Positions 28,702-36,932 of a stretch of DNA of 40,620 nucleotides are shown piece after piece. Below the pieces are notes generated by a model that saw nothing but the letters and a program-made list of their open reading frames with translations, had not been told where the DNA came from and made no database searches. How positions within the stretch are numbered: the first letter of the stretch is position 1; every line of letters begins with the position of its first letter. The translations under genes were made by a program, and so were the position numbers. The stretch is from Promethearchaeota archaeon (GTDB lineage Archaea; Asgardarchaeota; Lokiarchaeia; Sigyniarchaeales; SOKP01): contig JBHLON010000030.1 of assembly GCA_048940445.1 (NCBI GenBank), positions 1-40,620 on the forward strand, given 5' to 3'.

Positions 28702-29475
28702 ATGATTCTTAAATTTACTTATATGAATTTAAATGAAAAGATTGATCTAGCAGCAAAATGGATCGTAGAATCAAAAAAACTTGTTGTATTCACTGGAGCA
28801 GGAATATCAACGGACTCTGGATTACCTGATTATCGTGGTCCCGATGGTGTATGGACAAGACGTGATAAAGGTTTGCCTCCACCGAAGAGTCCTCCATGGG
28901 ATAAAGTAAAACCAAATTCCACTCATTATCTTATAGTAGAATTATTAGAGTTAGGAAAATTAGATTTCCTCATTTCTCAGAATGTTGATGGGTTACACGT
29001 GAAATCTGGAATCCCCTTTGATAAACTAGCAGAATTACATGGTAATATGTATTTTATGAAGTGCTTGAATTGTAATAGGAAAATGACTTTTGAAGAAGCT
29101 GGATGGGATAAATCCAAATGGGGTCCTGGATATCGATCTGAAAGAGTTCGCGAAGATCAGCCAACTTGTCCTTATTGTAATGGTAGAATAATTTCAAGTA
29201 TAGTGAATTTTGGAGATCTACTTCCATATGATGAATTAGAAGAATCAAAGAAGCGTTCTGAAAATGCTGATGTATTTTTCGTTATAGGATCATCATTGGT
29301 TGTAAGTCCAGCAGCTAATATGCCTGGTTATGCCAGAATGAATAAAGCAAAGTTGATTATTTTAAATAAGGGGGCCACTCCCTATGATTCTGTGGCAGAT
29401 ATAAGATTTGACAATTTAATTGGAGATGTATTTCCTCATATTATGGAAAAAGTAAGACAACTTCTAAAAAATTAG
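28702..29475 (+). CDS. NAD-dependent sirtuin deacylase, SIRT6/7 (class IV)-like
   Basis: [51 protein letters not shown], GSSL. Confidence 0.93.
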   Translation: [257 protein letters not shown]

Positions 29476-29523
29476 TCATAATTATTAATTCTTCTTTAAC
29501 ATGAGGTATAGATTAAGAAAATT

Positions 29524-31173
29524 TTACTTTAATTTTCCGTAGATATTTCTATTTCCATTATATTCTTTTAAAACTTTCCTACCTTCTTTATGAGACAAAG
29601 ATAATGTAATATCACTATTTCGACTTAAAGAACCAGTAAATATTTGTTGGTTATCGGCATAAACAATTATGTTACTACTTGCATATTCAGGATCTGCTTT
29701 TAGAACCAATCTATTTTTTTGAATTTCTACATCCAATTCAATTTTTTCTCTATTTGTCCCTTTTTTAGGAGTGAACTCCTCTAATCCTCGATACTTTCTA
29801 GATTTTATTGGATTAATTGGGTTTACGACAATATCTTGTCCAAAAGAATAAATCTCAAATTCTAATCTTTTTGTTTTGTAATCTCTTACTTCTACTACAG
29901 GTCTAGCTAGATCTTTGTCTCTAAAGCCATGAGGTACTTTTACAGTCATTTTTATGGCTAAAACTCTGGAAACATCTCCGTCTTCTATAAATATGATTGT
30001 ATCTATTATGGAAGGAAGCATACCAAGCTCTATTCTACCAATGAATCTCTGAATCGCATCAATTGCGGAGGAGGAGTGCACAACACCTACCATCCCTACT
30101 CCAGATAATCGAAAATCAGCATATACTTGAAAGTCTTTTGTGGTCCTTACTTCATCAAATATTGTAAAATCTGGTCTAACTAATAGGAGTATATCCGCTG
30201 AATTTTCGAGGCTTCCTTCTAATTTAGTATATTGAGTTATTTCGGGACCAACCTGTAAATCTCTTACACTTTCAAGAGTTTTAACAACTTTATTTTGCTC
30301 GGAATAGAAATTTGCCAATGCTGCTGAAAAAGTACTTTTACCAGCACCAGGTGATCCAGCAACTAAGATTCCTTCTGCATTTTCCAAGCGTTTACGTAAT
30401 CTTGAATCAATAGAATAATCATCTAACGTTAGATTAACAAGTGGTCTTACTGCTGTTATTTCAACGTCATTAGAAAAAGGCGGACGCGTAATAACTATTC
30501 TAAACTCTCTTAACTGGGCTACAACAGCACCAAACTTTTCAATTTCAATGAAAGAATGAGTATCCTCACGAACAAATTCTACAATTTCTATTGCTATTTC
30601 CTCAAGTTGATCTTTAGAAATAGATTGGTTGCTTACTCTTTCTAAATACCAATTACCTGGACTGCCTTTCTTAGCATAAGGAGGCAATCCTTGCTTTAAA
30701 TGAATACTCATAGTATCTTCATCAAAGAACCCAATTAATTTGATGGATGTTGAATCTATTTTCTTTGGTGCTAATTTTTCCTTTACTGGCATTACTTCTA
30801 TTCCTTCAAATACACCCATATCTCCTTGGATTTTATCTGAGGTAATTAAAATAGCATTATTATGATGAGCGGTTTCTCTAATTAAAGCATCTAATTCTCC
30901 TCCTGGAGCCATTTTAATTTCATCGCGAGTAGGTCTCTTTCCGACAAGATGTAATTTTATTTTATTCTCATTATGATATTCCCTTAGTTTTTTTAAAACA
31001 TTTAAACCTAAAAAGCCAATTTCTTTTTGGATATTTGTTCGATATTCCACTTCAGCCAAAACTATATTAGGTATAAAGATTTCAGGATTTGCTCCCAATT
31101 CTCCATCTTCAATTAAGTCTAAAATTAGCCCATTAAAAATAACTGATGTATCACATACAAATTTATCTGGCAT
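29524..31173 (-). CDS. PIN-domain ATPase (PINA, Holliday-junction branch-migration type)
   Basis: PIN domain (DTSV, AEVE, LDALI, TSD), Walker A GSPGAGKST, RDLQ, RPDFTIFDEVR, GVGMVGVVH, AIQRF.GR.ELG, DLARPVVEV. ATG 31173 overlaps the endA end. Confidence 0.92.
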   Translation of the reverse strand: MPDKFVCDTSVIFNGLILDLIEDGELGANPEIFIPNIVLAEVEYRTNIQKEIGFLGLNVLKKLREYHNENKIKLHLVGKRPTRDEIKMAPGGELDALIRETAHHNNAILITSDKIQGDMGVFEGIEVMPVKEKLAPKKIDSTSIKLIGFFDEDTMSIHLKQGLPPYAKKGSPGNWYLERVSNQSISKDQLEEIAIEIVEFVREDTHSFIEIEKFGAVVAQLREFRIVITRPPFSNDVEITAVRPLVNLTLDDYSIDSRLRKRLENAEGILVAGSPGAGKSTFSAALANFYSEQNKVVKTLESVRDLQVGPEITQYTKLEGSLENSADILLLVRPDFTIFDEVRTTKDFQVYADFRLSGVGMVGVVHSSSAIDAIQRFIGRIELGMLPSIIDTIIFIEDGDVSRVLAIKMTVKVPHGFRDKDLARPVVEVRDYKTKRLEFEIYSFGQDIVVNPINPIKSRKYRGLEEFTPKKGTNREKIELDVEIQKNRLVLKADPEYASSNIIVYADNQQIFTGSLSRNSDITLSLSHKEGRKVLKEYNGNRNIYGKLK

Positions 31174-31780
31174 ATTCTTCTTCATCAATATCTAATTTAC
31201 TAATTAACTCAAATTTATTGACACTATAATAGATTGGTTTGGATAACCTATCAACTGTAGCAACTATTAAATCTTTTCTAGAGCTCATCGCGACTCGAGA
31301 CATTTTATCTAAATCTTTTAACTCGATCGGATATCCTTCAAAAACAGGATAAATTAAATATTTTGCAGCCTCTTCCTTTATGTCCGCTCCTCTTTTATAA
31401 ACACGGAAGTCGATTCCATTCCCGTATCCCGCTCTAACAATATATCCACGCTTTCGAAGATCCATATAAATTATGTACTTTTGCCATAATCTAGGATCAA
31501 ATTGAGTAAAATAAATTAATAAGTTCTCAAAGTCATAAATTTGGTTCTTTTTATCATTGTCTTTCCATAATAAAATTCTATTTCTTTCACATAAGAGCAG
31601 GACTTCAATTGGTTCCAAAACTAATCTTTTCTCACCCATTTCACTTTCTTCTAAGGTTCCAATGTAAGATCCATTATAAAACTCTTCAATGGCTTCTTTA
31701 TCAGAAATAATTACTTTATCTTCCCTAATAATTGCTTCAAATTGAGTCTTCTCTGTCTTTTCATTAGCTTTTTCTGTCAT
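31163..31780 (-). CDS. endA: tRNA-splicing endonuclease subunit, probably structural (His-less)
   Basis: L.PIE.L.L.E, Y.DLRKRGY.V, DFRVYKRG, KYLI, RVA.S.RK.L..A.VD, YY. Confidence 0.88.
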   Translation of the reverse strand: MTEKANEKTEKTQFEAIIREDKVIISDKEAIEEFYNGSYIGTLEESEMGEKRLVLEPIEVLLLCERNRILLWKDNDKKNQIYDFENLLIYFTQFDPRLWQKYIIYMDLRKRGYIVRAGYGNGIDFRVYKRGADIKEEAAKYLIYPVFEGYPIELKDLDKMSRVAMSSRKDLIVATVDRLSKPIYYSVNKFELISKLDIDEEEYAR

Positions 31781-31839
31781 TTTCCTACTTATTATAGTAT
31801 TTGATATTTATTGAATCTAATTATAATGCAAAAATTCTT

Positions 31840-32721
31840 CTAATTTGATCGCGATACTATAAAATCTATTAATTTACCAAGATCTTTAACATTTTCATAG
31901 ACTTTTGGAGCCTTATCTTCTAAGTATTCTTTAAATACATCCCAACTTTCCTTTTTTCCAGAAGGAGCTTCAACTAATAACTTTTTAGCTTCATTAATGT
32001 CATAACTAAAAAGTAATGCATTATCAAGTTTATTAGCTTCATCACTTAGTAAAAAAATATAAAACTCATTTAAATCCCATGGATTTAATACATGAGCAGG
32101 CTTATTTCCATCTCCTGCTTTACTTCCTCTCAATGCCCTTGTATCTACTTGAGTAGGTAATACCATATTAAAATTAATATTCTCTTTTTTATATTCTGTT
32201 GCCATAGATTTTTGCATTCCTACTACAGCATATTTACTTGCAACATAAGCTGTCAGTTTTGACGGTGCATTTGGATATGCTTCACTTCCAGTTATTATGA
32301 ATCTCGCTTTATTATTTCTATCTTCTTTGTACATATAAGGATATGCTGCTTTAAATGTAAAAAACACTCCTAATATATTTGTGTTTAAAATTTCAGAGAA
32401 TTTCTCATTTTTAAATTCATGAGTCGTCCACATCCGAGAATATCCCGCATTTGCAATTACCCCATTTAAAGGGCCAATTTCTTCATAAAAGAATTTAAAT
32501 GTAGCTAATACTTCGTCATACTTGCCAATATTTGCAGTTTTAGCTATTACTTTCACATTAGTTCCTAAAGAAATAATTTCCTGTTTAGTTTGTTCTAATT
32601 CCTCTAATGTACGAGATGTTAAACCGATATTTGCTCCTTCTTTTGCACAAGCAATGGCAACTGCTTTTCCGATACCTCTTCCAGAGCCAGTAATTACAAT
32701 ATTTTTACCTTTTAACAACAT
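31840..32721 (-). CDS. SDR-family oxidoreductase
   Basis: TGSGRGIG, NAG, catalytic S and YVASK. Confidence 0.92.
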   Translation of the reverse strand: MLLKGKNIVITGSGRGIGKAVAIACAKEGANIGLTSRTLEELEQTKQEIISLGTNVKVIAKTANIGKYDEVLATFKFFYEEIGPLNGVIANAGYSRMWTTHEFKNEKFSEILNTNILGVFFTFKAAYPYMYKEDRNNKARFIITGSEAYPNAPSKLTAYVASKYAVVGMQKSMATEYKKENINFNMVLPTQVDTRALRGSKAGDGNKPAHVLNPWDLNEFYIFLLSDEANKLDNALLFSYDINEAKKLLVEAPSGKKESWDVFKEYLEDKAPKVYENVKDLGKLIDFIVSRSN

Positions 32722-32809
32722 AAGTGAATCAAAAATTTTAGAAATAAAAGATTTACTTTAATTAATAATAAAATAATTAATACATATTCTCCTTTTTTTT
32801 CTCTTAATA

Positions 32810-33400
32810 ATGAATGAATTATATGAAAAACTTAAGATTCGCTTGAAAAGTGCATCCAGAGTCATCTTTATGGGAATTGGAGAAGAGAAATTAAGAGACG
32901 ATGGTGTTGGACCTTATATTATCGGTGAACTTTTAACATACTTTAAAATGGAGAACCCTATTGATGATAAGTTTCTACTTTTAAACGCTGGAACTGATCC
33001 GATGGCAAGAGTGGATGAAATCGTCACTTTTAATCCCTCACATCTAATCTTCCTAGATACCTGTACTTTAAACAAACCTCCTGGAACTATTGCGATACTT
33101 GAGCGTAATAATATAAGTGAACACGTACCTATCTCATCCCATACAATACCGATTCATATAGTTATGGATTTTATTTTAAAGCAACTTCCTATGCTCGATA
33201 TTTTTATGATTGGATTTGTTCCAGAAAGTCTTGAAGGTTTCGAAACCTTAGAATTCTATAATAGGGATCAAATTGATTTTAATAAAATAGGTGAAAATAT
33301 TGATCTTCCTTTTTTTCAGATCAATTTAACGAAAACATTAGAAAAAACTGCTATTGAAATTATAAACATTATAAAGAAGTTAATAAATGAATTTGTTTGA
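32810..33400 (+). CDS. Hydrogenase maturation protease (HycI-like)
   Basis: MGIGEEKLRDDGVG, GTDP, IFLDT, PPGTI, SSHTIP, IGFVPE. Confidence 0.85.
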   Translation: MNELYEKLKIRLKSASRVIFMGIGEEKLRDDGVGPYIIGELLTYFKMENPIDDKFLLLNAGTDPMARVDEIVTFNPSHLIFLDTCTLNKPPGTIAILERNNISEHVPISSHTIPIHIVMDFILKQLPMLDIFMIGFVPESLEGFETLEFYNRDQIDFNKIGENIDLPFFQINLTKTLEKTAIEIINIIKKLINEFV

Positions 33401-33489
33401 TATTAAAGATTTCTAATGGATTTTTTTCTATAATAAACGCAGATAATTTTAATTTACTGTGGTAAATAGCTCCCCACTTTAAATTATTT

Positions 33490-34731
33490 TTAGAATACCC
33501 AAATTAAAAGCAAAATTATCGCAGCAATCATCGATAAGATGATAAAACATCCCGCAGACGTTAAAGCATTTTTAATATAATTTAGCTTGAAATCCACAGC
33601 TTCGTAAGGACAGAGTTCTACACAACAATAACACATTATGCATTTCTTCTTTATCCACCTAGGAACATTCCCTTTTTTTAATTCAATTGGAGGAATGATT
33701 GCTTCTCCTGGACAATTAATCCAACATGTAGAACATAATCTGCACTTTTCTGGCTTAAATTTAACATGAGCTTTGAATATAGTTCTACCAACATAATCTG
33801 CAAGCCAACGAGGTAATGGCATTGATATTGGATGTTTAGGAGGCCGCTTAAAATCTCTTCGTACAGTTTCAACTTTTTCGCCTAATAAATCTATATTTGT
33901 TAAATCACTTGTTCCCAAACCTTTTTCTTCTGCCTTGATTAGATATAAAACTTCCTTAGGATCAAAACCTACTATTTTACAAACCAATGTGTCAAGAGCA
34001 ACTCCATCATAACCAGCTAAAATCAAATTTAGCTCAACAACATCCCCTTGAGAGGGTCCCTTACCTTCTTGACATAGAATTCCATCTATTACTGTTAATT
34101 GTGGATTCGAAACAGAATATATATCTGCCAAAGCCGAACTGAATCTATCTAATGTTGGAAATTGCGCATGAGTTTTGGCTTTGTTCCCCAATAGAATTGT
34201 ACCAAACATGTTTTTTATGCAACAGGTGAGAAGACATTGACCGTGTGTTTTTATTTTTGGAATATTAATAATTAAATCTGCTTTCTTAATTAGATCAGTA
34301 CTCACAAATTCTTTTAGGTCTAATGGATTTTTTACTTCATAATGTTCTCTCTCTGTTTTTTCAAAAGGTATGCAATCTACACCTTCTTCTTGACAAATTG
34401 CTAGAATTCCACTATCTTTCATCGCCAATTCAGTAATTCCTGGTTTTTGACCTCCAGCCGAATCACATACATAAACTTTTGAAGGATTAAACAATTTTAC
34501 CCATTGAATGACTGAACGTAATACTTCTGGATGAGTGTTTACAGCTCTTTCTATTGGCTTTCCCATCAATAGGTTTGGTTTTAATAATACAATCATATTT
34601 TCTTTTTTCATTAAATTTTGGGCATCAATTTGTTCAAGCGCTTTAAAAACAGCTGTTTTGATATCATTTTTATTTACTTTCTGAATAGCGATTTTTGACC
34701 TACCATTCATATTTGTAGACCAATCCTTCAT
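33490..34731 (-). CDS. DUF362 protein with two [4Fe-4S] ferredoxin motifs and C-terminal TM
   Basis: LLKPNL, THPEV, PKIKTH, KNMFG, DGI..QEG.GP..G, D.VALD; CRLCSTCWINCP and CIMCYCCVELCP; hydrophobic tail. Confidence 0.88.
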   Translation of the reverse strand: MKDWSTNMNGRSKIAIQKVNKNDIKTAVFKALEQIDAQNLMKKENMIVLLKPNLLMGKPIERAVNTHPEVLRSVIQWVKLFNPSKVYVCDSAGGQKPGITELAMKDSGILAICQEEGVDCIPFEKTEREHYEVKNPLDLKEFVSTDLIKKADLIINIPKIKTHGQCLLTCCIKNMFGTILLGNKAKTHAQFPTLDRFSSALADIYSVSNPQLTVIDGILCQEGKGPSQGDVVELNLILAGYDGVALDTLVCKIVGFDPKEVLYLIKAEEKGLGTSDLTNIDLLGEKVETVRRDFKRPPKHPISMPLPRWLADYVGRTIFKAHVKFKPEKCRLCSTCWINCPGEAIIPPIELKKGNVPRWIKKKCIMCYCCVELCPYEAVDFKLNYIKNALTSAGCFIILSMIAAIILLLIWVF

Positions 34732-34867
34732 TAAAAATAAAAATTTCTATGCGATTTACTATTATCCTAAAAATTTTTCTAATTATTACATAAATATGAA
34801 AAAGTGAACTTCTATTAATCTATTAGAATCACTTTCCAGTTGCTAATATATATTTATTGAATATAAT

Positions 34868-34905
34868 TAAAAAAGATGAAGAAAAAGAGAAAGAAAGAAA
34901 AAATT
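34868..34905 (-). terminator. Pyrimidine/T-rich terminator after the ubiquitin-like gene
   Basis: Minus strand ttttttctttctttctctttttcttcatcttttt immediately after the stop. Confidence 0.5.
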
Positions 34906-34907
34906 AT

Positions 34908-35162
34908 TTAAATACCACCAGCTTGTGTAGCCATAACTGTTATAACATCCTTTTTTGGATGAATCCCCACTTTTGCAAATTTAAGATCATCTGGAAGTAC
35001 TTTTCCTTTAAATATGAATTGGATAGCTAAAATTGGGTTTAACTTGTATTCTCTCTGTACAGTTTTCTTGATATCTGCGATTGATTGATTCGGATCAACC
35101 TCAATTAATTTTATTGCCTGATCTGGTGGGACTCCTGTAAGTCTAAATCTGTATTGAGTCAT
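34908..35162 (-). CDS. Ubiquitin-like protein precursor (C-terminal GG-I)
   Basis: 84 aa; IEVDPNQSIADIKKTV resembles Ub LEVEPSDTIENVKAKI; QFIFKGKVL resembles RLIFAGKQL; ends TQAGGI. Confidence 0.85.
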   Translation of the reverse strand: MTQYRFRLTGVPPDQAIKLIEVDPNQSIADIKKTVQREYKLNPILAIQFIFKGKVLPDDLKFAKVGIHPKKDVITVMATQAGGI

Positions 35163-35238
35163 TTTATTTCAACTTAAAATTTTTTCATGTATTTAATTAA
35201 TTGTATAATAACTATAATAAAAGGTCAGCGGTCTTCTA

Positions 35239-35260
35239 AATTGTACTATAGTCTACAATT
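35239..35260. promoter_or_regulatory. Palindrome upstream of the ubiquitin-like gene (operator or terminator hairpin)
   Basis: AATTGTA-CTATAGTC-TACAATT. Confidence 0.3.
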
Positions 35261-35309
35261 ATTCTGAATAAACGACATAAATCAATATTGTATATCTAAA
35301 TAATCCAAT

Positions 35310-35507
35310 TTAAAACTTAAAAGGCTCTGGAGGCTGACCTGGAGGACCAGGTGGATTTGGAGGCTGAAATGGGTTAGGTTGCGGTGAAGGATGAAGTGGT
35401 AATCGGCTTAATCTATTTTCAATCAATGAAATACGATGTTCCAATTCATTTACTCTCTTTTCAATTTTTTTAATCCTTTCCATTAAATTTGGGTTTTCTA
35501 TTGTCAT
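35310..35507 (-). CDS. 65-aa coiled-coil plus proline-rich microprotein
   Basis: RIKKIE/RVNELE/RISLIE heptads, then PLHPSPQPNPFQPPNPPGPPGQPPEPFKF; GAGGA upstream. Confidence 0.8.
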   Translation of the reverse strand: MTIENPNLMERIKKIEKRVNELEHRISLIENRLSRLPLHPSPQPNPFQPPNPPGPPGQPPEPFKF

Positions 35508-35685
35508 TATATCAAATTAAAAATCCTCTAAAATGATATTTAATCTTAACGTTCTCTTAGAGAAAGATGGATGGGAATCAGAATATAAATATACCAAATT
35601 TGCATAAATTAGTATATTATTTTTTTTTGGTTTGAGTATAGTAAAAAAGTATAACTTTAAATGATAAGATTTTTACACTTATATT

Positions 35686-36783
35686 ATGGAAAGTTGGAAT
35701 ATTTCAAAAAAGTTAGAGAGCGAATTGCTTAAAAAATCTAGTAGTATTGAAGATAATAGTAGGAGGATACTATATATTCTTAGGAATTTAGGTCCACAGA
35801 GATTTACTAACATCATTAAATATTCAAATTTAAGTAGATCTACTGTATCCAAATATCTTAATTTACATCGAAAAGAGAAAAATATCGAACAGAGGTTAAT
35901 TACTGATAAAAACACTAACCGGCAATACCAAGGTTATGTTATTACCGAAAAGGGAACAGATAAATTGGGAGAAGTCCCTTTAAAATTAAGGGATGAGTTA
36001 TATATTATTAATGAATTAAAAAAAAATGTTCGAAATCTAGAAGATTTAATTGATTTTTATAAAAAAGTAAATGTAGAGGACCCATTTATAATTCATATAG
36101 TTCGTATTATCTCTAAAATAGGAGATAACTTTTTCGAATTACACCAAGATAGGGATCTATATTTGTCCCTTTTTTATATTTTCTATAACTCTATTTTAGG
36201 GCAAGGAGCACTAGCACGAAAATATTGGCATTTCGATGACTCTAGTTCTCAATATTTTGCTGGTTATAAATTGAATTTAGACCAATTTTGTGAATTATAT
36301 CATGTTTCAAAAGAAGCTATTAATTACTTAGCACGAATTAAATTAATCAATCCTGATTTTGGATTTTACCTGATTAAACGTGAGAATAATGACTTTTTCT
36401 TTCACGAAGAGGATCTATTAGGCACCACAACAATTAGATTAATTAAAGATAGATTGATAGACGAGATAATTAATCTTCAAGAAGGTATCTATGATATGAT
36501 TTACGATCTTGATATCATCGCTGAGGATATAGCTAATCAATTACAAGAAATGGGCTTGATATGGAAAGCGATTAAGGAACAATTCCAATTGCTGGTTTTA
36601 AATCTAATAATTAAAAGTTCGATTGAAATGGGTTTCTTAGATCTAGAACGAGAGAAGTTAATGAGCGTGATTGCTCAATCAAACAAATTATCAAAATCAA
36701 AAGAAGGAAAAATACTTCAGGAATCTATATTAAAAGGATCAAAATTGGATATAAATCTTAATGTTCTTACTTTGACCATTTAG
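35686..36783 (+). CDS. Winged-helix protein with large uncharacterised C-terminal domain
   Basis: RILYILRNLGPQRFTNII..SNLSRSTVSKYL...YVITEKG. Confidence 0.8.
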   Translation: MESWNISKKLESELLKKSSSIEDNSRRILYILRNLGPQRFTNIIKYSNLSRSTVSKYLNLHRKEKNIEQRLITDKNTNRQYQGYVITEKGTDKLGEVPLKLRDELYIINELKKNVRNLEDLIDFYKKVNVEDPFIIHIVRIISKIGDNFFELHQDRDLYLSLFYIFYNSILGQGALARKYWHFDDSSSQYFAGYKLNLDQFCELYHVSKEAINYLARIKLINPDFGFYLIKRENNDFFFHEEDLLGTTTIRLIKDRLIDEIINLQEGIYDMIYDLDIIAEDIANQLQEMGLIWKAIKEQFQLLVLNLIIKSSIEMGFLDLEREKLMSVIAQSNKLSKSKEGKILQESILKGSKLDINLNVLTLTI

Positions 36784-36932
36784 GGTATTATTTAGATTTA
36801 GAGCTTTTTTTTAATTTAAGATGTCTCTTATTCACTAAACTCAAAAAGTGTAGAGTTTTTAATATCTTTCTTTTAATAAATAGTATAGAATTTGTTGTAA
36901 ATTCTTTACTGATAAAAATCCCTCTGTTTAAA

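Noticed and set aside
28702-29475. Sirtuin as an anti-phage SIR2 NADase (Thoeris/DSR)
   Set aside because: It has the Zn-binding domain and canonical deacylase motifs, and there is no defence-gene context.
29524-31173. PIN domain as a VapC toxin, or the ATPase as a pilus motor
   Set aside because: The PIN+ATPase fusion with RPD..DE.R and DLARP motifs is the conserved archaeal PINA; no antitoxin or pilin genes are adjacent.
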